A stretch of DNA of 64,000 nucleotides from an uncultured Actinomycetes bacterium. GTDB taxonomy: Bacteria; Actinomycetota; Acidimicrobiia; Acidimicrobiales; JACCXE01. The first letter of the stretch is position 1. Each line of letters starts with the position of its first letter. The position numbers and the translations under genes are program-made. Below the pieces are notes generated by a model. It was not told the origin of the DNA and made no database searches. It worked only from the letters and a program-made list of their open reading frames with translations. The stretch lies in contig OY970363.1 of NCBI GenBank assembly GCA_963718605.1, positions 1,795,239 through 1,859,238 of the forward strand, in the 5' to 3' direction. Positions 16,993-24,751 of this stretch are shown here, in pieces.

Positions 16993-19430
16993 TTGGCTGT
17001 CTCCATTGTCTTCAGCCGCAGACCGACGTTGTTGCAGGCCTCGCACACTTCTTCGGGGATCACGCCGAACCGCATGAGCACGGCAAACACTTTGCAGCCC
17101 AAGCAGTAGCCCGCGAAGGCTTCGAGCGAGGCGGCGACGATCAGCAACCCGAGCACCACCTGCGCTGCGAACCAGTGGCCCGTCAGCATGAGAATGAAGG
17201 CGCTGCCGGAGAACGCGACGCCCATGCCTTGCGCGAAACGCTTCGGCGGTCCGGCCACCAGCTTCTCCTTGAACGGCAGCCGCGGGGTGATCTGCCGCGT
17301 AACGAGTTGGCCGAGCGGGCTCAGTTTCGGCCCGGTCAACACGCGGGCGATGAAGCCGTAGAAAAGGATGGGCAGTATCCACTTCGCGTCGAAGAGCACG
17401 GCGGCCACCGCCATGAGCCACACGCCGGTCGCGACGAGGCGGGCCGACACTTCGTTGACAGGGTTCGGGAAACCAATGAGGTCGTTCATGACACCGTCCT
17501 TCGAGCGGTCGCGGGATAAGAGAAACGCCAGGCCGAGCACAAGGATTCCTGGCACCACGAAGAACCACGGGAACAGCCAGAACGGCGGCAGCGCGACCAC
17601 CGCGTTGTAGTTGTCGAGGTTGTCCGCCATCGCCGCGATCATCGGCGCCATCTCACCGGACTGGATCGGCCATTCGTCACTCAGCGCCGTGGCCGCGGGC
17701 ATCGCCTGGCCCCGGGCCGCGGCCGCGGGCACAAGCTTGTTGCGCAGGTCGCCTTCGGCCAGCCCGATCGTGAGGAAGTACCCCTGGATTCGCCTGATCT
17801 TGGCCGGCTGCATCAACGGCTTGAAGTCGTCGATCATCGCGGCGCCGCCCGGCGCGCGCGTGAACATCTGGAACACCGCCGGCGCGGCGATGAGGCCGAT
17901 GCCCAGCGCGGTGAGCGCAATGACGCGCCCGCGGCGCGGGGCCTTTGACCGGTCGCTGTCCTTGACCAAGCTCCATCCGGCGGCGCCGGCAATCATCACG
18001 CCGGGCAACACGAAGAACCACGGAAACAAGACAAACGGCGGCAGCGCGGCGATGCCGCGAAACTTCGGGATGTCGGCGCGCATCGTCGTGAGCATCTCGC
18101 CCATGTCGTCGTTGATGCCGGGCCAGTCGCGGTTGAGCGCGGCCACACCGGGATACGACGCGGCGGCCGCGGGACTTCCGAGCACGCGGGTCGACTCGGT
18201 GTTCGCCGCGCTGATGTCATCGAGGAACTTGGAGAAGCTGTCAATCTTCGCCGGGCGCATGTACGGCTTGAACCCCTCGATCATGTCGCCACCCTTGGGT
18301 GCGCGCGTGAACATCTGGAATCCGACCGGCGCGAGCGCGAGGCCGATCCCGATGGCGAGCGCGGCGGCCTGCGGACCCCGTCGCTTTTTGGTCGGAGGTG
18401 GCGTCACCTTCGGTTCGTCTGCCGGCGCGGGCGGTTCATCGTCGCCCTCGTCGCGGAACGCGGCCGTGGGCGAGAGCAGCGCGACGGACGCCAGCACGCC
18501 GGTCAGCGCGGTCACGACGATGAGCCAAGCCGGAGGCCGCCATCCCTTGCGGCTGACCGCGCCGATGGCCTGCTGCCCGCCGGTCGCGGGAGGCAGCGTC
18601 GTCGGCGCGTCAATCTGTTCGCCGGCAACCGCGGTCGGCAAAGTCGTGGCGGTCGCCGCCTTGGCGCTGCCGCCGCCGACCGCGGCCTTGGTTCCGGTCG
18701 CGGTCGCTCCCGACGAAGCGGCCGCCGGGCTGCCCGTGGGACGGAACACGCCCTCGAGGTGCCACGTGCCGGTGAAGTCGTTGAACGGTCCGCCGACCAC
18801 GGTGCTGGCCCACTCGAGCACGAAGGCTCCGGTGGACGCGTCGAGCGTGCCGTGCGCCACCGTGGTGAGGCCCGGCTTCGAGCCGTCGGGTTTGGGCGCG
18901 CCCTGGTTGAAGTACTGCTTGTTCCAACTCGCGGACCACGCGCGCAGGTCGCCGCTCAGCGCGCCCGACCCATCTGCGCTCAGTGACAGCGCGGGGACCT
19001 CTCTGCCGCTTTGCAGATCCTTCGGGTCGGTGGACAGGCCGAACTTCACGCCGAAGAACGTCGCCGGTGCCGCGATGCGCGTCGCCTGGCTGTTGCCCGA
19101 TGCGTCGAAGACCGGGCTGGGCGCGGGCTGGTAAGCGCCGGTGACGAAGCCGCCGTCCGAACCCGGCGACAGCAACGTGAATGTCTGGTCCGAGCACGTC
19201 GAGTCCCCGTTGGCCACGAAGGGGCCGTTCGCGATCGATCCGCTCGGCTGCACCATGCGGAAGTAGCTGCCGGTGCCGGTGCCGCTCGGGCACGCGCCGG
19301 CCTTCAACGCGAAGGTGCCCACCAGCCCAGAGTCGGCGGTGGCGCTAGGCGCTACGGCCAGACCGAGGGCGCCGAACCAGGCCAGGGCGAGGGCGAGCAG
19401 CACCCGGCGACGCAATTGTTGACTAAACAC
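16989..19430 (-). CDS. 813-aa multidomain membrane protein: secreted N-terminal domain + duplicated TM-loop-TM module + C-terminal DUF4395-like domain
   Basis: GTG start sits 7 nt after the aat stop. Signal peptide LLALALAWFGALGLAVAPSATA. Two roughly 148-aa paralogous modules are visible (see the repeat feature). The C-terminal polytopic region ends in AGYCLGCKVF...EEVCEACNN, which I recall as DUF4395-like. Confidence 0.75.
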   Translation of the reverse strand: MFSQQLRRRVLLALALAWFGALGLAVAPSATADSGLVGTFALKAGACPSGTGTGSYFRMVQPSGSIANGPFVANGDSTCSDQTFTLLSPGSDGGFVTGAYQPAPSPVFDASGNSQATRIAAPATFFGVKFGLSTDPKDLQSGREVPALSLSADGSGALSGDLRAWSASWNKQYFNQGAPKPDGSKPGLTTVAHGTLDASTGAFVLEWASTVVGGPFNDFTGTWHLEGVFRPTGSPAAASSGATATGTKAAVGGGSAKAATATTLPTAVAGEQIDAPTTLPPATGGQQAIGAVSRKGWRPPAWLIVVTALTGVLASVALLSPTAAFRDEGDDEPPAPADEPKVTPPPTKKRRGPQAAALAIGIGLALAPVGFQMFTRAPKGGDMIEGFKPYMRPAKIDSFSKFLDDISAANTESTRVLGSPAAAASYPGVAALNRDWPGINDDMGEMLTTMRADIPKFRGIAALPPFVLFPWFFVLPGVMIAGAAGWSLVKDSDRSKAPRRGRVIALTALGIGLIAAPAVFQMFTRAPGGAAMIDDFKPLMQPAKIRRIQGYFLTIGLAEGDLRNKLVPAAAARGQAMPAATALSDEWPIQSGEMAPMIAAMADNLDNYNAVVALPPFWLFPWFFVVPGILVLGLAFLLSRDRSKDGVMNDLIGFPNPVNEVSARLVATGVWLMAVAAVLFDAKWILPILFYGFIARVLTGPKLSPLGQLVTRQITPRLPFKEKLVAGPPKRFAQGMGVAFSGSAFILMLTGHWFAAQVVLGLLIVAASLEAFAGYCLGCKVFAVLMRFGVIPEEVCEACNNVGLRLKTMETAK
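17496..18386 (-). repeat. intragenic tandem duplication (two protein modules of about 148 aa) in the 813-aa gene
   Basis: The module starts match: KRRGPQAAALAIGIGLALAPVGFQMFTRAPKGGDMIEGFKPYMRPAKI versus PRRGRVIALTALGIGLIAAPAVFQMFTRAPGGAAMIDDFKPLMQPAKI. The module ends also match: ALPPFVLFPWFFVLPGVMIAG...DSDRSK versus ALPPFWLFPWFFVVPGILVLG...SRDRSK. Confidence 0.85.
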
Positions 19431-19437
19431 ATAAGAA

Positions 19438-20142
19438 TTATATGGATTGGGCCAGAGCCAGTTGCAACTGCGGTGCGTTCACCGCCGCTTCGAGCCGTTC
19501 CAGATAGGCCTCGCGCTTGATGTTTACGCAGCCCAGCGTAGCTAGATGGCGTGTTTGCCACTGACAGTCGAGCAGCGTGCCACCGCCCGCTTCGAGCATC
19601 TCGACCAGGGTACACAAGGCCACTTTTGACGCGTCCGTGCGCCAGTGGAACATCGATTCACCGGCGAACAGACCGCCGATCGCGACCCCGTACAGCCCAC
19701 CGGCGAGTTCGCCGGTGTCGACCGACCACGCTTCGACGGAGTGGGCCCAGCCCAGGGCGTGGAGGTCGGTGTAGGCGGTTGCGATCGCGTCGTTGATCCA
19801 GGCGCCGTCGCGGCGCGGGTCAGCGCACGCGCGCACCACCTCGATGAAGGAAGTGTCGACGCGGATCTCGAAACGCTTGCGCGCCTTGTGCAGCGATCGA
19901 CTTACCAGCAGGCCGTCCAGGGGGATCACGCCACGCGGGTCGGGTGACCACCAGCCGATATCGAGCGTGTCGCCGTCGCCGATCGGCATCGGGAACAGAC
20001 CGCGGCGGTAGGCGGTGACGAGCGTGGCCGGATCCAGGTCGGCGCCCACCCCGGCCAGGCCGACATGATCGGCGTCGCGCGGGTCAGGCAGGACCCATCG
20101 ACACTCGCCAGGGTCAACGGGACGTTCGCCTTCGGAAATCAC
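19438..20142 (-). CDS. aat: leucyl/phenylalanyl-tRNA--protein transferase
   Basis: 234 aa with the diagnostic stretches AYRRGLFPMP, WWSPDPRGV, GWAHSVE and GGLYGVAIGGLFAGESMFH. Confidence 0.9.
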   Translation of the reverse strand: MISEGERPVDPGECRWVLPDPRDADHVGLAGVGADLDPATLVTAYRRGLFPMPIGDGDTLDIGWWSPDPRGVIPLDGLLVSRSLHKARKRFEIRVDTSFIEVVRACADPRRDGAWINDAIATAYTDLHALGWAHSVEAWSVDTGELAGGLYGVAIGGLFAGESMFHWRTDASKVALCTLVEMLEAGGGTLLDCQWQTRHLATLGCVNIKREAYLERLEAAVNAPQLQLALAQSI

Positions 20143-20168
20143 GCTCCTATCTTCTAGCCTGCACGCCT

Positions 20169-21725
20169 ATGGACCATCCCATGTCGGAGCGCCTGGCCGA
20201 TCTCGCGGCCCGCAAAGAAGCGGCGCGTGTCCCCGGCGAGCAGCGCCAGATCGAACGCCAGCACAACAAAGGCAAGATGACGGCGCGCGAGCGCGTCGAG
20301 TACCTGCTCGACGCCGACTCGTTCCAAGAACTCGACATGCTCGCCCGCCATCGCGCGACCGGCATGGGTATCGAAAACACCCGGCCCTACACCGACGGCG
20401 TGATCACGGGCTTCGGCACGATCGACGGCCGCCGCGTGTGTGTCTTCTCGCAGGACTTCACGCTGTTCGGCGGCGCCCTCGGCGAAGTGTTCGCCGAGAA
20501 GATCCACAAGATCATGGATCTCGCCGCTTCGGTCGGGGTGCCGATGATCGGCATCAACGACGGCGCGGGCGCACGAATCCAAGAAGGCGTCGTCTCGCTC
20601 GCAATGTACGGCGGCATCTTCCACCGCAACGTGAAGTCGTCCGGTGTGATCCCGCAGATTTCGGTGATCATGGGTCCGTGCGCGGGCGGCGCGGTGTACA
20701 GCCCCGCGATGACCGACTTCATTTTCATGGTCAACGGCACGTCGCACATGGCCATCACCGGCCCGGACGTAGTCAAGGCGGTCACGGGCGAGGACGTCAC
20801 GCTCGAAGAACTTGGTGGCGCGATGAGCCACGCCACCAAGTCCGGGGTGGCGTGCTTCGTCACGCCCGACGAGAAGGCGTGCCTCGATCAGGTGCGATAC
20901 CTGCTGTCGTTCCTGCCGACGAACAACCTCGAAGAGCCGCCGTTCTTCGCACCCGGCGACGCCCCCGACCGCATGTGTCCTGAACTCGTCGACATCCTGC
21001 CGCCGAACTCGAACCAGCCCTACGACATGAAGAAGATCATCTCGACTGTCGTCGACGACGGCGAGTTCTTCGAGTACCACGCGAACTGGGCGAAGAACAT
21101 CGTGTGTGGTTACGCGCGCGTCGACGGCAACGTCATCGGTGTCGTCGGCAACCAGCCGCAGATGATGGCGGGCGTGCTCGACATTGAGTCGTCGGAAAAA
21201 GCGGCGCGTTTTGTTCGCACCTGTGACGCGTTCAACGTCCCGCTGGTCACCTTCGTCGATGTGCCCGGCTTCCTGCCCGGCACCGAGCAGGAGTACGGCG
21301 GCATCATCCGCCACGGCGCCAAGCTGCTCTATGCGTACTGCGAGGCCACCGTGCCCCGAGTGCAGATCGTCACCCGCAAGGCGTACGGCGGCGCGTACGT
21401 AGTCATGAACTCGAAGTCGATTGGCTGCGACCTCGCGTACGCCTGGCCATCCGCTGAGTTCGCGGTGATGGGCCCGTCCGGCGCGGTCGAGTTGCTGTAT
21501 CGCCGCGAGCTCGCCGCCTCTGAAGATCCCGTTGCGCGCAAGGCCGAACTCGTCGACGAGTACGTCGAGAACTACGTGAACCCGTACGGCGCCGCAGAGC
21601 GTGGTTACGTCGACGACGTCATCGACCCGGCCGAGACCCGCATCGTCCTGTGCCGAGCGCTCGCGCTGCTCCGCAGCAAGAAGGAAGAGTTGCCCAAGCG
21701 CAAGCACGGGAACGTTCCGCTATGA
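20169..21725 (+). CDS. pccB: acyl-CoA carboxylase carboxyltransferase (beta) subunit, propionyl-CoA carboxylase-like
   Basis: 518 aa. Typical PccB/AccD5 sequence runs throughout (GKMTARERVEYLLD, FSQDFTVFGGALGE-like, PQISVIMGPCAGGAVYSPAMTDF, RKAYGGAYVVM). Confidence 0.92.
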   Translation: MDHPMSERLADLAARKEAARVPGEQRQIERQHNKGKMTARERVEYLLDADSFQELDMLARHRATGMGIENTRPYTDGVITGFGTIDGRRVCVFSQDFTLFGGALGEVFAEKIHKIMDLAASVGVPMIGINDGAGARIQEGVVSLAMYGGIFHRNVKSSGVIPQISVIMGPCAGGAVYSPAMTDFIFMVNGTSHMAITGPDVVKAVTGEDVTLEELGGAMSHATKSGVACFVTPDEKACLDQVRYLLSFLPTNNLEEPPFFAPGDAPDRMCPELVDILPPNSNQPYDMKKIISTVVDDGEFFEYHANWAKNIVCGYARVDGNVIGVVGNQPQMMAGVLDIESSEKAARFVRTCDAFNVPLVTFVDVPGFLPGTEQEYGGIIRHGAKLLYAYCEATVPRVQIVTRKAYGGAYVVMNSKSIGCDLAYAWPSAEFAVMGPSGAVELLYRRELAASEDPVARKAELVDEYVENYVNPYGAAERGYVDDVIDPAETRIVLCRALALLRSKKEELPKRKHGNVPL

Positions 21726-21792
21726 GCGAGCCGAAGGCGAGCGACCAAAAAGGACTGCGCCTGGCATTACTCGCGCCGAAGGCGCCTCAGTG

Positions 21793-21984
21793 ATGCCAGG
21801 CACTCCGCCGCCCGATGACGTGATGGCCGTGATCGTGGCCGCCGTCGACGCGGTGTGGCCGCGCGCGGTCGTCGTCGACTCCCGCGCTCGCACGAACGAC
21901 GACAGCGACTCGCCGTCGTGGCGATTCAGCGGCCGTACCTGGGGCCCCCGCCCCGCCGCCAACCGCTCCCGCCCGACGTTTTAA
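21793..21984 (+). CDS. possible acyl-CoA carboxylase epsilon-like small subunit
   Basis: A 63-aa ORF directly downstream of pccB. It has an acidic/Ala-rich helix (PPPDDVMAVIVAAVDAVW) and a Trp/Arg-rich tail (SWRFSGRTWGP), as I recall for ACC-epsilon proteins. The start could be GTG 21790 or ATG 21793. Support is weak. Confidence 0.4.
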   Translation: MPGTPPPDDVMAVIVAAVDAVWPRAVVVDSRARTNDDSDSPSWRFSGRTWGPRPAANRSRPTF

Positions 21985-22065
21985 CCGCGTTCTGCGCCAC
22001 GAAAAGGTTGCTATCAGGCCGGTTTTGCCGTCACTGCACGACCGTTTGGTGGCGCAAAACGTGAG

Positions 22066-23094
22066 ATGGATGTCGCCGGTAGGTTGGCGGGTATGCCTCC
22101 TGAACTGACCACGGTGTCTGAGCACTCGGCGGTCGTGTTCGACGGCACGACCGTGCATCGCTACGACGGGCTCACCCCCGACACGCCCTTCGAGTTCAAC
22201 GGCGTATCCGGTCGCACCCTGGCCCGGCCCTCGGGTGAGCTGCTGTGTCGTGTTGCGACCGTGAACGACGTGCACTTCGGGGAAACCGAGTGCGGGGTGA
22301 TCGAGGGCATGGACATCGGGCCGGTGCTGTCCGCCGACGAGGGCGAGCCGCCCTATCCCGAAACGATGAACGTGGCCGCAGCCGCGGAGATCAAGGCGAT
22401 CGACCCCGCCGCCGTCATCGCCAAAGGCGACCTCACGACGCGCGGTATCCAGGACGAGTACCAGCAGTTCCTCGACTGCTACGGCACGGCATTCGGCGAC
22501 AAGCTGCACCACATCCGCGGCAACCACGACGGCTACTACGGCGAGACGTTCGCGGCGGAAGGGCCGATCGAGGTGTGGCTGCCAGGCGTCACGCTCGCAG
22601 TGCTCGACACCGTGATCCCGAAACACACGCCCGGCCAAATCACCGACGACACCGCCGCGTGGCTCGACGAACTCGCAGCGCGCACCAGCCAACCGGTCCT
22701 CGTGTTCGGGCACCACCATGTGTGGTCGCCGACGAGCAAGAAGCGCGAGCCGACCTATTTCGGTATCAACCCCGATGATTCGGAAAAGCTCATCGACGTG
22801 TTCGTTCGCCGTCCCAACTTGGCCGGCTACTTCGCGGGCCACACCCATCGCAATCGCGTGCGCCTGATGCCGTCGACGGGACAAGTTCCCTGGGTCGAGG
22901 TCTCGGCCACGAAGGACTTTCCCGGTGCGTGGGCGGAGTACCGCGTGTTCGAGGGTGGAATCCTTCAAGTGATGCACCGCATCAGCGCGCCGGCGGCACT
23001 CGACTGGACCGAGCGCACACGAGCAATGTTCGGCGGTATGTACCCCGAGTACTCCTTCGGGCAAATGAAGGATCGCTGCTTCACGGTGGTCTAA
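22066..23094 (+). CDS. calcineurin-like metallophosphoesterase
   Basis: Motifs appear in the canonical order: VNDVHFGE, GDLTTRG, GNHD, GHHH, GHTHRN. Confidence 0.85.
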   Translation: MDVAGRLAGMPPELTTVSEHSAVVFDGTTVHRYDGLTPDTPFEFNGVSGRTLARPSGELLCRVATVNDVHFGETECGVIEGMDIGPVLSADEGEPPYPETMNVAAAAEIKAIDPAAVIAKGDLTTRGIQDEYQQFLDCYGTAFGDKLHHIRGNHDGYYGETFAAEGPIEVWLPGVTLAVLDTVIPKHTPGQITDDTAAWLDELAARTSQPVLVFGHHHVWSPTSKKREPTYFGINPDDSEKLIDVFVRRPNLAGYFAGHTHRNRVRLMPSTGQVPWVEVSATKDFPGAWAEYRVFEGGILQVMHRISAPAALDWTERTRAMFGGMYPEYSFGQMKDRCFTVV

Positions 23095-23180
23095 CAACAC
23101 CGCTTTTAGGGCGGTTTTGCCGGCAAAGGGCAAAGGCCTCGAGGTTCGCGAGATAGGCGTACACGCGGCGTTGGCCCTGC

Positions 23181-24372
23181 GTGGCGCCAACCGTTTCGAG
23201 CGATCGCCACCGCCTGGTTGCGCTCGACGGCGTACGCGGCTTGGCCATTCTCATGGTGTTGGTGTTTCACCTAACCAACGCCGCGAGCTCGAACCGGGTC
23301 GCGCAGTCCATCACCCGCGTCACGGGGGGCGGGGTGGCTCGGGGTCGAGTTGTTCTTTGCCCTGTCCGCCTTCCTCATCACTTCACAACTCGCGAAGCGC
23401 CCAACTGCCCGTGAGTACACCGAGCGCCGCGTGCGTCGCATCGTGCCGATGTACGTGCTCGTGCTGGTGCTGTTCTTAGTGGTCGCACCGCTCGCGGCGG
23501 AGTTGATGCGCGGCGCGAACATCGACAACCGCTTCGTCCAGGCCATTCCGAAGACCGATGGGGTCAACGGCGTGCAATGGGTCTTTGTCGTGTTCGGTCA
23601 GAACCTCACGATGTTTGCGCGCAACGCGTTCCTGCATCCGTCCCTCGGGGTGACCTGGTCACTCGCCGTCGAGGTCCAGTTCTACGTGGCGTGGTTCTTC
23701 CTGATGCGCCGCAGTGATTCGACGGTTCGTCGCGTGGCGGCGGCTGCGATCGTGTTCGGTCCGGTGTTTCGCGCCGCGTTGGCGGTGGGCGGCGTGAGTG
23801 TCACCCGCATCTACGTGCTGCCGCTGTCACACGCCGATCTCTTCGGGTGGGGCACGTTGCTCGCGCTTTGGTACCGCAACGGCACGTCGGTCGGGTGGCT
23901 GAAGTCGAAGCTCACGATCATCACCAGCGCGCTCGCGTTTGGGGGTTGGCTAGTTCTGGCCGATCGGCCCACCGGGCAGACAGGCATGACGCCCGGGCAA
24001 CTTTCGGTCGGCATCACGATTGCTGCGCTCGCCATCGCCGCCTGTGTGCATCGCGTGTTGACTGACGGTGGCGCACTGGACCGGGTCCTCCGGGCGCCGG
24101 CTCTCACTTTTCTCGGCGCGATCAGCTACAGCCTGTACCTGACACACACGGCGGTGGAGCACGTGTTCCGGCGGCTCGTGATTCCGCACACGGGGTTGGA
24201 GCCGTTCATCCGACACCACGAACTCGCGGGGCAGTTACTGATCTTCGGGCTCGTGGGAGCGGTTTCGATCGCGGTTGCGATGGTCACCTACAAACTGGTT
24301 GAGCAGCGCTACGCCGGGTCGAAGATCACGACCGGAATCTCGCGGTCGGTCTTCTCCTGGTATCCCGCGTAG
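23181..24372 (+). pseudogene. acyltransferase family 3 (membrane O-acyltransferase), reading frame interrupted in a G-run near 23324-23334
   Basis: The N-terminal motif RLVALDGVRGLAILMVLVFH is in the frame that starts at GTG 23181. The expected continuation (W)LGVELFFALSAFLIT and the roughly 330-aa polytopic body are in the +1 frame (ORF 23350..24372). The switch lies within cacggggggcggggtggctcgggg. Confidence 0.7.
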
Positions 24373-24740
24373 CCCTTGTAGGCCGCGGTCACGCGGGGCC
24401 ACAGCTCAGCCCGTTCCGCGGGCGTCGCAGTGCGGGCGACCATGTTGGTGGTCTTGCCGTCACGCGTGATCAGCACGTTCGGATCCGCCTGCAGGTTCAG
24501 GTACCACTGCGGGTGCTTCGGTCCCCCGCCGTACGACGCGATCAACACGACTGTGTCACCGTCGACGATCGGCGCGGTCAGCATCGACTGACGCTTCTCG
24601 CCGGTCTTGCGCCCGGTCGTCGTGAGCACGACGGCAGGCATACCGCCGATCTTGCCGCCCACCTTGCCTTTGGTGAGCGTGAAGACGCTGCGATGCAGGA
24701 GGTTGACGACTTTGGCGGCGGGGTCGCGACGATCGGCCAT
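24309..24740 (-). CDS. deazaflavin (F420)-dependent nitroreductase family oxidoreductase (DDN-like)
   Basis: 143 aa. It carries the TTTGRKTGEKR...GGGPKHPQWYLNLQADP...R signature typical of the DDN/PPOX-like F420 family. Confidence 0.85.
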   Translation of the reverse strand: MADRRDPAAKVVNLLHRSVFTLTKGKVGGKIGGMPAVVLTTTGRKTGEKRQSMLTAPIVDGDTVVLIASYGGGPKHPQWYLNLQADPNVLITRDGKTTNMVARTATPAERAELWPRVTAAYKGYAGYQEKTDREIPVVIFDPA

Positions 24741-24751
24741 GGCCGCAGAAT

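Noticed and set aside
17611-19134. 507-aa plus-strand ORF. Similar long antisense ORFs occur at 46035..47564, 40900..42081, 36280..37173, 56536..57558, 55360..56400, 62858..63865 and 2465..3628
   Set aside because: All of them lie opposite genes with clear family motifs. They are Ser/Ala/Arg/Pro-rich low-complexity translations, the expected by-product of stop-codon scarcity in GC-rich DNA.
20154-21707. 517-aa ORF antisense to pccB
   Set aside because: It mirrors a strongly supported carboxyltransferase gene. It has the typical high-GC antisense open frame and no recognisable domain.
21722-21793. 23-codon ORF (MSEPKASDQKGLRLALLAPKAPQ) whose ATG overlaps the pccB stop (ATGA)
   Set aside because: It is too short and has no recognisable features. 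The epsilon-like sequence is in a different frame starting at 21790/21793. I cannot exclude a frameshifted accE or a coupling leader, but there is no positive evidence for either.
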